Part shown: positions 10,211 to 20,568 of the stretch, one piece after another
How positions within the stretch are numbered: position 1 is the stretch's first letter
Layout of the letters: each line of letters starts with the position of its first letter
From: Acidimicrobiia bacterium
GTDB lineage: Bacteria; Actinomycetota; Acidimicrobiia; IMCC26256; PALSA-610
Reading direction: 5' to 3'
Assembly (NCBI GenBank): GCA_038202885.1
Contig: JBBREP010000004.1
Location: forward strand, 15,528 to 79,527
DNA length: 64,000 bases
Translations under genes and position numbers: made by a program
The notes under the pieces: model-generated
Databases searched by the model: none
Seen by the model: only the letters and a program-made list of their open reading frames with translations
What the model was told of the DNA's origin: nothing

Positions 10211-12010
10211 TCAGCGATAGCTCTTTGCTTGGATGTTGTAGAGGCTGGCGTACTGGCCACCGCGTGCCATGAGTTCGTCGTGCGTGCCCACCTCGACCAG
10301 CTGGGCGCCGTCGAGCACGACGATGAGGTCGGCCATGCGCACCGTCGAGAAGCGGTGTGACACGAGGATCGTGACCCGTCCGTGTGTTGGCGTCGCGCGT
10401 GACGCGTTCGAGAAGCGCTCGAACAGCGCGTGCTCGGTCTCGGCGTCGAGCGCCGCGGTCGGTTCGTCGAGCATAAGTAACAACGGGTTGTCGCGCATGA
10501 AGCCACGAGCGAGCGCGAGCTTCTGCCACTGACCGAAGCTCACCTCGACGCCCGCGTCCCAGGTGGGTCCGAGCTGGGTGTCGATGCCGTGCGCGAGTCG
10601 TTCGACCACATCGTCGGCACCGGCCCGATCGACCGCGGCCGCAACCGCGGGCCGCTCGTCGAGACGCACGACATCACCGAGGCCGACGGTGTGTTGCACC
10701 GAGAACTCGAAACGGAAGAAGTCTTGGAACGCTCCCGCGAGGCGCGCTCGCCACGCCGGTGAAGCGATACGCGCGATGTCGATGCCGTCGGCCTCGATAC
10801 GTCCGCTTGTGGGGGCGTACATGCGGCAGAGCAACTTCACCAACGTGGTCTTACCGGCGCCGTTTTCGCCGACAATCGCCACGACCGCACCCGCGGGAAA
10901 CTCGACGGTCACGTCGTCGAGCACGAGCTTGTCGGTGCCCGGGTAACGAAACGAGACGTGCTCGAGACGGATGCCGTGCGTGAGGCGTTCGGGGGCGTCG
11001 GCATCGGCGCGCGCATCGATCGCGGCGGCGTAGTCCTCCAACCACGTGAGCCGGCGCGACGAGTCGAGCCAGATCCCGCGCAGGAAACCGATCTCGCCGA
11101 CGGTGGCGCCCACATATTGCGACAACCGACTCCCGGCGACGAGCACCAGAATCACTGCGCTGGGCGATCCGTGCAGCCCCGACGCGACGAACACGATCGC
11201 GCCGACGTAGGCACCGCCGAACAGGGCCCAGGCCGCGGTGTGCCAAGCGGCGGATGACCATCGCGCCGCCGCCACCGGCTCGTACCACTGCTCCCAGGCC
11301 GCGGCTCGGCGGTCGGCGAGCTCGTCGGCCATCCCCGCGACTCGGATCTCTTTGCCGGCCGGCGCGGTCGTGCCGAGCATGAAGAGGTGCCGCGCGAGGC
11401 GGTTGCGTGACGCCACGCGCTCCTCGGTGGCCCGTTCGATTCCCGGCCGCCACGATGCCGACGCCACTGTCGGGATGGCAAACACGATCAGGAGCGCCAG
11501 TGCAGGATGGATCGACATCAACAGCACGATCGTCACGACGAGCCGCAATATCCAACCGAGCGTTGAGAACAGCGACATGAAGAGGTGATCGAGCGCGAAC
11601 ACTTGGTCGCGCAGCACCGAGAGGCGGTCGAGATATTCGGCGCGCTCATGGTGTTCCACTGTCGCCACCGATGCCTGGAGTGACGCCACGTGCGACTCGA
11701 GGACGATCGCAACTCGGTCGCGAAAGCGGCGCTGGAGACGGTCGAACACGACTTTGAGGAACCAGGTCGCGGTCGCCGACACGGCGAGCCCGAGCGACGC
11801 GACCGTGATCGTGGTGCGCTGATGGTGCAACACCCCGCGGGTGAGCAGACTCAACCAGAGCGCGACGAGCGCATCGGGCAGAGCTGTGAACAGCACCATT
11901 GCAAACGACACGCTGAGTAGGCGGGGTTCGGCGCGGTAGCCGAGCTTGACCGTGCGCCACAACGACGACATCGCCGGCGGCAGATCGCCGGGTTCACGCG
12001 AGCGTGTCAT
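10211..12010 (-). CDS. ABC transporter, fused permease and ATP-binding protein (exporter half-transporter)
   Basis: Six-TM N-terminal region plus Walker A 'GENGAGKTT', signature 'FGQWQKLALAR' and Walker B 'LLMLDEPTAALD'. Start trimmed to the ATG at 12010, which overlaps the upstream stop. Confidence 0.85.
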   Translation of the reverse strand: MTRSREPGDLPPAMSSLWRTVKLGYRAEPRLLSVSFAMVLFTALPDALVALWLSLLTRGVLHHQRTTITVASLGLAVSATATWFLKVVFDRLQRRFRDRVAIVLESHVASLQASVATVEHHERAEYLDRLSVLRDQVFALDHLFMSLFSTLGWILRLVVTIVLLMSIHPALALLIVFAIPTVASASWRPGIERATEERVASRNRLARHLFMLGTTAPAGKEIRVAGMADELADRRAAAWEQWYEPVAAARWSSAAWHTAAWALFGGAYVGAIVFVASGLHGSPSAVILVLVAGSRLSQYVGATVGEIGFLRGIWLDSSRRLTWLEDYAAAIDARADADAPERLTHGIRLEHVSFRYPGTDKLVLDDVTVEFPAGAVVAIVGENGAGKTTLVKLLCRMYAPTSGRIEADGIDIARIASPAWRARLAGAFQDFFRFEFSVQHTVGLGDVVRLDERPAVAAAVDRAGADDVVERLAHGIDTQLGPTWDAGVEVSFGQWQKLALARGFMRDNPLLLMLDEPTAALDAETEHALFERFSNASRATPTHGRVTILVSHRFSTVRMADLIVVLDGAQLVEVGTHDELMARGGQYASLYNIQAKSYR

Positions 12011-13870
12011 GGACGACCTCCTCCCCGTGCTCGTCGTACTCGATGTCAGACGCGGCGAGCGTGAAGCGCGACGCCTGGAGCTGGAACATCGTGTAATAGC
12101 GACCGCCAAGTGCCATCAGCTCATCGTGACTACCGAGCTCGACCACTTTCCCGTGTTCGAGCACGCAAATGCGGTCGGCCTGGCGGACGGTCGAGAAACG
12201 ATGGCTCACGAGGATGGTCGTGCAGTCGCGCGTCGCGGTGAGGATGCGCTCGAAGATCTCGGCTTCGCCACGCACATCGAGTTGCGCGGTCGGCTCGTCG
12301 AGTAAGACGACCCCGGCGCCGAGGCGGACCGCGCACAGCGCTCGCGCGAGCGCCACTCGCTGCCATTGGCCGCCGGACAGCTCGGTGCCGTCGTCGTAGC
12401 CACGGGCCAGGATCGTGTCGAGCGATGCGAGCTCGGACGCCCCGGCATCATGCAACGCTGCGGCGACGATGGCATCGTGTTCGGCGGTGATGTGGTTGGT
12501 ACCCGGCATCACGTTCTCGCGCAGCGACAATTCGTAGCGTACGAAGTCCTGAAACACGGCGGTGATGCGGGAGCGCCACTCGTCGAGACGAAGGTCGCGC
12601 AGGTCAACGCCGTCGACTTCGATGGCGCCCTGCTGTGGGTCGTAGAGCCGGCACAGCAGCTTGGCGAGCGTGGTCTTGCCCGCGCCGTTCTGCCCCACGA
12701 TCGCGAGCGATGAGCCGGCCGGAATCGTGAGGTCGAAATGATCGAGCACGGCGCGCCCGTCGGAGTCGTACGAGAACGTCACGTCGCGGAAGCGGATGTC
12801 ACGTGCGGGCATGCCACGCGCTGGGTGCGTACCGTTGGGCAACGCGCCCGCCGGCGCCATCGCGGCTTCGAGCCGCAGCACCGCGGCCACCGGCGCGGCG
12901 GCGCCGTCGAGGGCCCAACTCAATCCGCCGAACGCGATGGCACTCGTGCCGATCGCGGTCTGGAGGTACACCAATACCTCGGCCAGCGTGACCCGCCCGT
13001 CCGCGGCAGCATTCGCCAGGGCCCAGAAGACGACGAGGTTCGCGCCGAGGACGATCGCGAGACATCCGAGTACCGGCTTCTCGCGCAGGCGCGTCGCCTT
13101 CCATTGCAGTTCGTACAGGTGTCGGCGCCGCGAGATGAAGCGTTCCACGACCCAAGGCGCGAGTCCGAAGAGCCGGAGCTCCTTCGCCGCGGGAGGGTCG
13201 ACGGCGAGGCGGTACGCGTAGTCGGCGTGACGCTGCGCGTCGCGCACCTCATCGGTGTTGCGGTCTCGCCAGACTGCACTCTCACGCAGCAACCAGTGCG
13301 TGGAGAACCAGGCCGCAAGTAGCAAAGGCGGGGCCCAGAAGTTGAAGCGCAACAAGACCAACGCGGCGCCGACACCGGCGACGATCTCGACGAACCCGGT
13401 CGCGATGAAGTCCATCGCAAGGCTGAGCGGTGGCCCGCTGATCCCGAGGTCGAAGTTGCGGGCCATCGTGAGATCGTTTGTGAGCGCAGGGTCTTCGAGA
13501 TGACGCATGCCGGGCGGTGTGACGCACGCCCGCAAGAGCCGGTCGTTGAGCCACGTCGCGCCGCGGCTGCCGAGGTTGGCTCCCACGGCCTGATGGAGGG
13601 GCGTGAGCACCTGGAATAACACGAACGCGATCCCAACGAGCGTCAGCGGAGCGGCGAGCGAGTCGTGGTGCTGCACGGAGTTGATCAGCACGCCGATCGC
13701 GATGGCCACGAGGGGACCGAGCAAGCCGCGCAGGATGAGCAGCACCCACCAGAAGATCGCCAGCGATGGCGCGGCGCTGCGGAGCGCGCCGAAGAATTGC
13801 ACTTCCTGGCGGGCGCGTAGGCGCTCGAGCGGGCTGCCCTTGGCCGTCACCGCTGTGTCATCGTCCATCG
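11994..13870 (-). CDS. ABC transporter, fused permease and ATP-binding protein (partner of the downstream gene)
   Basis: Walker A 'GQNGAGKTT', signature 'LSGGQWQRVALAR', Walker B 'VLLDEPTAQLD'. Start at 'MDDDTAV' (13870), since the stop of glnD lies at 13915. Confidence 0.85.
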
Positions 13871-13914
13871 CGTGTTCGTCGTTGCGAGCAACTCGTTTCC
13901 GACGGCCCAACCCC

Positions 13915-16209
13915 TCAATCATCCACGCTGTGTTGCACTGCGAGCGTGATCTCGCGGATCGTATCGGCGTCGGTGATCTTGCGTCCAAGCCGATCGCGCA
14001 CGTAGAACGCGTCGAGCACGTGGCTGCCCATGGTGTTGACGCGTGCCGATCGGATGTCGAGATCGAAGTCGGCGAACGCGGCCGTAACTCGGAAAAGGAC
14101 GCCGACCCCGTCCACGGCTCGCACGTCGATCACGGTTGCGGTATCCGACACATCGTTGTCGAACGCGACCGTCGTCCGGGCGTCATGCACGGGGCCGCGC
14201 CGTCGTTCGTAACGTCGTGCCCGGTCGGCAACTCGCGCGCGCAGCGCCAATCCCTCACCGAGCGCGCGCGCGAGGTCATCAGAGATGGCCGACCACGCCA
14301 GCTCGTTGCCGAACGGATCGTCGACCGAAAACACCGACAAGGCTCGTCCGGAGTCGCTGGAGTATGCCGTGGCTGTCGTGACATCGAGGCCATGCAACGC
14401 CAACACGCCAGCCACGCGGCTGAAGATGCCGGGCCGGTCGTCGGTCATCACAGTCAGGACGTTGGCGTCACCAGTGATACGCGTGCCGGGCGCCTTCAGT
14501 GCATCGAGATGGGCAACCGTCGGGAACTCGGCGGCCTCGGCGGCGCCACTCGCGCCGCTGCGCAGGAGCCGGTCGGCGCGTTCGACGAGCAGCGCGACGA
14601 GTCGAGCCTTGCTCGGCCCCCACGCGGTTGGTCCCGTCGCGAGCGAGTCGGCCTCGGTGAGCGCGGCGAGTAACGACAACGTCTCTGCATCGAGCACGCG
14701 CTCGGCAACATGTCGGATCGTGGCTGGGTCGTCGAGGTCGCGCCTCGTCGCGATCTCCGACAACAAGAGGTGTTGTTCGATCAGGCGCACGACGGTGTTG
14801 ATGTCGCCATCGGCGCAGCCCATGCGCGCCAACACGTCGCGAGCGACCGGGATGCCTACTTCAGTGTGATCGCCGGCGTAGCCCTTGCCGATGTCATGCA
14901 GGAGCGCGGCAAGCACAAGCAGGTCGGGACGCCGCACCCGACCGGCAACCCGTGCCGCATTGGCAGCGGTTTCGAGCAAATGACGATCCACGGTGAATCG
15001 GTGATAGGCGTTGCGTTGCGGCTTACTGCGCACCATCGACCACTCCGGCAGCATTGCGGTGAGCGCGCCGCAACGATCGAGCGCCTCGAGCGCGCCAATC
15101 GCAGGTCGCCCGGCGAGCAGCAACCCGACAAAGAGTTCGCGCATCTCCGCAGGCCAGTGCGCTCCTGATGCAACGACGTGTTCGCCGAGCGCGCTGAGCG
15201 CGTCGCGATCGATCGTCGCTGCGTGTTCCACAGCAAGGTTCGCGATGCGCAACCCGAGCAGCGGATCGTCGGTCGGCAGCTCGCCGGCAAGCGTGTGCAC
15301 CCGTGTGCCGCGCAGAACGATCCCAGGCCCAAGTGGTCGATCGCGCTGCGAACGGCGTGCAAGTCGAACGCGTGTCGGATCGGCGACACGTTGCCAAGTA
15401 TCGTCGCCGATCCAACTGATCGTTCGTGCTGCGGTCGCGACCCGCGCCATCAACGCGTCGGCGTCAGCATCGCCGCACGCACGGGCCAGAACATCTTGAT
15501 CCTGCAACGCAACGATATTGCTCGCTCGACCCGTGTAGCGCTGGAGTTCGACGCGCACTGCGAGCAATGTCGCATAGGCAACGTTCAGTTCTTCGATGTC
15601 GCCGGGGCGAAGCGTCGGTTGCGCCGCTTCGAGCCAGAACAACGAATGCACATCGCGTAACCCGCCCCGTCCCTCCTTGATGTCTGGTTCGAGCGTGAAG
15701 GCGACGTCGTTGACGCTCGCGTGTCGGTCGATGACACGCGCCGTCAGCGCGGGCACGCGCTTTCGCGCGAGTTCCTGCCACCGCGCCCGCGAGCGCGAGG
15801 CGAGTTCCTCGATGAGTTCGCGGTCTCCTGCGATATGACGCGTGGAGAGCAATGCCGTTGCCGCGTCGAGATCGCGGTCGCCAAGGGCGACAAGTTCGGT
15901 GACGGTGCCGACGTTGTGGCCGAGCTTGAAATCGGAGTCCCAGATCGGATACCAGATCTGTTCCGCGATCGCCGCGATCTCAGGGCGGCCCCGATGCACG
16001 AGCACGAGGTCGAGATCGCTCTGTGGGCAGAGTTCGGCGCGCCCGAATCCGCCGACGGCGGCGAGGGCCACGTCGTGGGCGCCGATCGCGGCCAGCTGGT
16101 CGGCGAACATCGCCTGAAGCCACCCGTCGACCAGGTTGCTGTAACGCCGGGACCACACCGGACCGGTCAGCGTGCGGTCGGCCAGCAGCGGCGCACGATC
16201 GAGCTTCAC
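13915..16209 (-). CDS. glnD: [protein-PII] uridylyltransferase / uridylyl-removing enzyme
   Basis: Nucleotidyltransferase motif 'AVGGFGRAELCPQSDLDLVLV', HD domain 'HDIGKG', two C-terminal ACT-like regions. GTG start. Confidence 0.85.
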   Translation of the reverse strand: MKLDRAPLLADRTLTGPVWSRRYSNLVDGWLQAMFADQLAAIGAHDVALAAVGGFGRAELCPQSDLDLVLVHRGRPEIAAIAEQIWYPIWDSDFKLGHNVGTVTELVALGDRDLDAATALLSTRHIAGDRELIEELASRSRARWQELARKRVPALTARVIDRHASVNDVAFTLEPDIKEGRGGLRDVHSLFWLEAAQPTLRPGDIEELNVAYATLLAVRVELQRYTGRASNIVALQDQDVLARACGDADADALMARVATAARTISWIGDDTWQRVADPTRVRLARRSQRDRPLGPGIVLRGTRVHTLAGELPTDDPLLGLRIANLAVEHAATIDRDALSALGEHVVASGAHWPAEMRELFVGLLLAGRPAIGALEALDRCGALTAMLPEWSMVRSKPQRNAYHRFTVDRHLLETAANAARVAGRVRRPDLLVLAALLHDIGKGYAGDHTEVGIPVARDVLARMGCADGDINTVVRLIEQHLLLSEIATRRDLDDPATIRHVAERVLDAETLSLLAALTEADSLATGPTAWGPSKARLVALLVERADRLLRSGASGAAEAAEFPTVAHLDALKAPGTRITGDANVLTVMTDDRPGIFSRVAGVLALHGLDVTTATAYSSDSGRALSVFSVDDPFGNELAWSAISDDLARALGEGLALRARVADRARRYERRRGPVHDARTTVAFDNDVSDTATVIDVRAVDGVGVLFRVTAAFADFDLDIRSARVNTMGSHVLDAFYVRDRLGRKITDADTIREITLAVQHSVDD

Positions 16210-16452
16210 GCGGGCGAGGCTACGGGTGCGTCAGGGTCCCCTGTGCACCTGGTCGCGCATCCGTCAGGCCCGAGACGGGCCGAACAGATGTCCGTCAGTG
16301 ATGCAAAGATGTCGTAACACGCGGCACATCGCTTGGAAACGGTCGGTCCTTAGGTTCTCAGGTCATGATCAGATATGACGTGCTCGACGGGTGTCGCACA
16401 CCATCACCGAACGTGTCGCCCTCGACGACGGACATTCGCACTCTTTGTGTAG

Positions 16453-16803
<351 letters not shown>

Positions 16804-16854
16804 ACGCGATCCGGCGGCGTGGGTGCGGGGCGGGCTGCGCTCGTTTCCAAGCCG

Positions 16855-17244
16855 TTAGGCCGCGAGGCCGGCCTGGCGCATGTATTGGCCGAGATCGAAG
16901 TAGTCGCGCCACGCGGCGATCTTGCCGTCGACGATCTCGAAGACGCCCATGACGGGAAGTTCGATGGTGCGTTCGGGCTGCACGAACGTATCGACCCGCT
17001 CCGTGAGCACGACATTGTCATGGGCCACGAGGTGGCGCACCTGGAATTCGATGCGCTCGACCCCGGTCGTGAACATCTCCATCATCGATCGGATCGCTTC
17101 GACACCGACCACGGGGTCGATCGGGATGTTGTGGTACACGGCGTCCGGCGTGAAATAGCCGAGCAGCTCGTCGAGATCGAGGCGCGCCCATGCGGCGCAG
17201 AAGTCGCTGACGATGTCGGAGGCGGTGCGCGTGGTCTGGCTCAT
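16855..17244 (-). CDS. SnoaL-like / NTF2-fold protein (limonene-epoxide-hydrolase-like)
   Basis: 129 aa 'SDIVSDFCAAWARLDLDELLGYFTPDAVYHNIP...GKIAAWRDYFDL', typical of the NTF2-like superfamily. Confidence 0.6.
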   Translation of the reverse strand: MSQTTRTASDIVSDFCAAWARLDLDELLGYFTPDAVYHNIPIDPVVGVEAIRSMMEMFTTGVERIEFQVRHLVAHDNVVLTERVDTFVQPERTIELPVMGVFEIVDGKIAAWRDYFDLGQYMRQAGLAA

Positions 17245-17307
17245 GCGGCCAGTCTGGCGCGCCCGATCGCGGGCGCGCCAGACCACGGCGTCAACCGAGG
17301 CCTCGAG

Positions 17308-17366
17308 CGCACTTTGATTGCACTGGGCGGCGCTGTACGCCGTCAGGTGCAGAGGAAAACGGCTTG
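17308..17366 (-). repeat. MIRU-like intercistronic repeat, copy C (reverse orientation)
   Basis: The reverse complement reads ccacaagccgttttcctctgcacctgacggcgtacagcgccgcccagtgcaatcaaagtgcgc, which aligns with copies A and B. Confidence 0.65.
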
Positions 17367-17777
17367 TGGGGTTTATGGAGGGGGGGTTATGGGGTGTCTC
17401 GGGTGATGACGGGGTCGGCGTGGAGTCGGGAGAAGGCCGCTCGGAACGCGGCCTCGGCTGCGTCGGGATCGCCGAGCGCGGTGCGCAGCTCCGAGCCGGC
17501 CGGCAGGGCCGAAGCGATCAGGCTTTCCGCCCCTGGCGACGCGTAGGTGCGGCCATCGGTCCACAGGAACCACTCGCGGGTGCCACTCAATGTCGCCTGG
17601 GCCGAAACTCGCATCGTTGCCTCTTCCTCGTGACCAACGTACGGCGCGTGGCGCCGGCCCGAGCATCGCTGTGACGCAGATCACTCCGGCTCTCGGTCAA
17701 CAAGCGCGACATCGCGTAGCGTCTCGCCCCGGACCCGCGGGGCCACGGTGCGGACCACGACGAGGAGCGGTTCTCAG

Positions 17778-18092
17778 ATGGCAGTGCAACTCAAAGCCGG
17801 TGAGCGTTGGAAGAGCGCGGTGTGCGACACGCAGGTCGTGATTGTGCGGGCGCCCGACACGGCCATCGAGCTCGAGATCGGTGGTCATCCCGTGGTGGCG
17901 CTCGGCGACGAACCAGCCGGCAACCGGGCGCTCGATCCCGCGCACAGTGACGGGAGCCTCGCCGGGAAGCGTTACGCCGACGAGGAGATCGGTCTCGAGA
18001 TTCTCGTGACCAAGCCCGGTGCGGGTTCCCCGTCGATCGGCGGCGCGGCCCTGGGCCTCAAAGAAGCCAAGCCCCTCCCGTCGTCTGACTAG
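17778..18092 (+). CDS. hypothetical protein (first gene of the ferredoxin-ligase-SDR-LLM cluster)
   Basis: ATG at 17778 preceded by GAGGAGCGG. 104 aa with no recognisable motif. Confidence 0.4.
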   Translation: MAVQLKAGERWKSAVCDTQVVIVRAPDTAIELEIGGHPVVALGDEPAGNRALDPAHSDGSLAGKRYADEEIGLEILVTKPGAGSPSIGGAALGLKEAKPLPSSD

Positions 18093-18108
18093 CCCGAAAG
18101 TTGGCCCC

Positions 18109-18300
18109 ATGCGCCTCTCGATCGATGCTGTTGCCTGCACGGGACACGGCCGGTGTTACGTGCTCGCGCCCGAGTTGTGCGAACCCGACGATCGTGGACG
18201 CGGCGTCGTGACGGGCGCGGAGGTTCCGCCCGAACTCGTTGGCCAAGCGCGCGCAGCGGTGGCGAACTGTCCCGAACGCGCCGTCTCGCTCGACGACTGA
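18109..18300 (+). CDS. ferredoxin (3Fe-4S/4Fe-4S type)
   Basis: 63 aa with Cys cluster 'ACTGHGRC...ANCPERA' (CxxHxxC...CP). Confidence 0.65.
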   Translation: MRLSIDAVACTGHGRCYVLAPELCEPDDRGRGVVTGAEVPPELVGQARAAVANCPERAVSLDD

Positions 18301-18310
18301 CGGTGCGGCG

Positions 18311-19816
18311 ATGAACATTGTCATGTTGCTCGAGATGGCCGCCGACTGCATTGGCGATCGCGTCGCCGTCGGTTCGCGTGACGGCGGCCTCACCTACGCC
18401 GATCTCCTCGACCGCTCGCGCCGCGTCGGCGCCATCGTGGTGGCTTCGCACGCGGAACGCCTTGGCCTGGTCGACGTCAACTCCGAGATCGTGCCGCTGC
18501 TGCTGTTCGCCGGCGCGATCGCGGGCGTGCCGTTTGCGCCGATCAACTATCGCCTCGCCGACGATCGGCTGCAGGCGGTCGCGAACCGGATCGCGCCGGC
18601 GATGGTCGTATGTGGCGACGGCACCGCCGGACGCCTCGCGGGCGTCGAACTGCTTGCCGTTGTCGGTCGCAGCGAGCTCGCCGCTTCGATCGGTGACGCC
18701 GAACCCAAAGCCGACTCGCACACCGATCCCGACGAGGTCGCAATCTGGCTGTTCACGAGCGGCACCACCGGTGCGCCCAAAGCCGCACTGCTGCGGCACC
18801 GGCACTTGGTGTCGTACGTGCTGTCGACCGTCGACTTCATGGCCGCCGAGGCCGACGAAGCGACGCTCGTGAGTGTGCCGCCGTATCACATCGCCGGGAT
18901 GGCGACGATCTTGTCGAACACCTACGCCGGGCGGCGCATTGTGTACCTGCCGCAGTTCGACGCGCACGAGTGGGTTGCGCTCGCCGAGCAAGAAGCGGTG
19001 ACGCACGCCATGGTCGTGCCGACGATGCTCGGGCGGATTCTCGACGCGCTCGAGGCGCGCGGGACGACGCTTCCCGCGTTGCGCCACCTGTCCTATGGCG
19101 GCGGCCGCATGCCCGTCTCTGTCATCGAGCGGGCGATGGAATTGCTTCCCCACGCCGGATTCGTCAATGCCTACGGGCTCACCGAGACAAGCTCTACCGT
19201 TGCCGTGCTCGGCCCGGACGATCATCGCGCCGCCTTCGCCAGCGACGATCCGCTCGTGCGAGTCCGGTTGGGTTCGGTGGGCCGGCCGTTGCCGACGCTG
19301 GAACTCGAGATCCGCGACGCGATGGGCGCAGCCGTGGCGGTCGGCGAAACCGGCGAGATCTATGTGCGCGGCGACCAAATCGCGGGCGAGTATCACGGCC
19401 GGAGCGCGCTCACCGCCGACGGCTGGTTCCCCACGAACGATGGCGGTCGCCTCGACGCCGCCGGGTTCTTGTTCGTTGAGGGGCGCCTCGACGATGTGAT
19501 CGTGCGCGGCGGCGAGAACATGTCGCCCGGCGAGATCGAGGACGTCCTGCTGGCGCATCCCTGTGTCGCCGACGCCGCGGTAACAGGCGTGCCCGACGAC
19601 GAATGGGGCGAGGTGGTTGCGGCCGCCGTCGTCCTGCAGACTGGCACCGCAGCGAACGAAGTCGAATTGCAGACCTGGGTGCGAGAGCACCTCCGGTCGT
19701 CGCACACGCCGACGATCGTCGACGTGCGCGCCGAGTTGCCCTACAACGAGACCGGCAAGCTCGTGCGGCGCGTGCTGCGAGACGAGCTCGCCGCGATCGC
19801 CCGGGCGCGATCGTGA
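18311..19816 (+). CDS. AMP-dependent synthetase/ligase (acyl-CoA synthetase family)
   Basis: AMP-binding motif 'LFTSGTTGAPKA', 'YGLTETS', C-terminal 'PYNETGKLVRRVL'. Confidence 0.85.
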   Translation: MNIVMLLEMAADCIGDRVAVGSRDGGLTYADLLDRSRRVGAIVVASHAERLGLVDVNSEIVPLLLFAGAIAGVPFAPINYRLADDRLQAVANRIAPAMVVCGDGTAGRLAGVELLAVVGRSELAASIGDAEPKADSHTDPDEVAIWLFTSGTTGAPKAALLRHRHLVSYVLSTVDFMAAEADEATLVSVPPYHIAGMATILSNTYAGRRIVYLPQFDAHEWVALAEQEAVTHAMVVPTMLGRILDALEARGTTLPALRHLSYGGGRMPVSVIERAMELLPHAGFVNAYGLTETSSTVAVLGPDDHRAAFASDDPLVRVRLGSVGRPLPTLELEIRDAMGAAVAVGETGEIYVRGDQIAGEYHGRSALTADGWFPTNDGGRLDAAGFLFVEGRLDDVIVRGGENMSPGEIEDVLLAHPCVADAAVTGVPDDEWGEVVAAAVVLQTGTAANEVELQTWVREHLRSSHTPTIVDVRAELPYNETGKLVRRVLRDELAAIARARS

Positions 19817-20568
19817 TGGCGTCGTTCGACCTGGCGGGCAAGGTCGCGGTGGTCACAGGTGGGAGCCGGGGGCTCGGCCGTGCGATCGTGCGTGGCTTGG
19901 CCGAGGCCGGCGCCGACGTCGTGGTGGCGTCGAGAAAGCTCGAAGCATGTGACACGGTGGCGCGCGAGGTCGCGGGCGCGACGGGCCGCGAGACGCTGGC
20001 GGTTGCGTGCCACGTCGGACGCTGGGCCGACTGCGACGCGCTCGTGGCCACGACGCTGGAACGATTCGGTCGGATCGACGTGCTCGTCAGCAACGCTGGG
20101 ATGTCGCCGCTGTACGACGATCTCGCGAGTGTCACCGAGGAGCTCTACGACAAGACGCTCGCGGTGAACCTCAAAGGTCCGTTCCGCCTTGGTGCGCTCG
20201 TCGGCACGCACATGCGCGAACGCGGTGGTGGTTCGATCATCAACGTGGGCACGATCGGTTCGCTCATCGCAAGTCCCCACGAGCTTCCGTACGCCTGTGC
20301 GAAAGCCGGCCTCAACGCGTTGACCGTCGGCCTCGCGGAAGCGTTCGCGCCGACGGTGCGGGTGAACGCGATCCTTCCCGGCGCCTTTCGCACCGACGTG
20401 ACCAAGGCGTGGCCGCCCGACATGCTCGATGGACGCTTCGTTCCACTGGGCCGCCTCGGTGAGCCCGAAGAAATCGTCGGGCTCGCGCTCTACCTCGCGA
20501 GCGGGGCATCGAGCTACACCACTGGGGCGATCATGCGCGTCGATGGTGGCGTCGCTCGCAAGGTGTGA
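19816..20568 (+). CDS. SDR-family oxidoreductase
   Basis: 'GKVAVVTGGSRGLGRAI' Rossmann motif, 'NAG' and YxxxK ('YACAKAG'). ATGA overlap with the ligase stop. Confidence 0.85.
   Translation: MASFDLAGKVAVVTGGSRGLGRAIVRGLAEAGADVVVASRKLEACDTVAREVAGATGRETLAVACHVGRWADCDALVATTLERFGRIDVLVSNAGMSPLYDDLASVTEELYDKTLAVNLKGPFRLGALVGTHMRERGGGSIINVGTIGSLIASPHELPYACAKAGLNALTVGLAEAFAPTVRVNAILPGAFRTDVTKAWPPDMLDGRFVPLGRLGEPEEIVGLALYLASGASSYTTGAIMRVDGGVARKV

Noticed and set aside
17387-17614. 75-aa minus-strand ORF between repeat copy C and the hypothetical-ferredoxin cluster
   Set aside because: No SD, no motif, and it overlaps other equally plausible junk ORFs on the plus strand (17318..17674). I left it unannotated.
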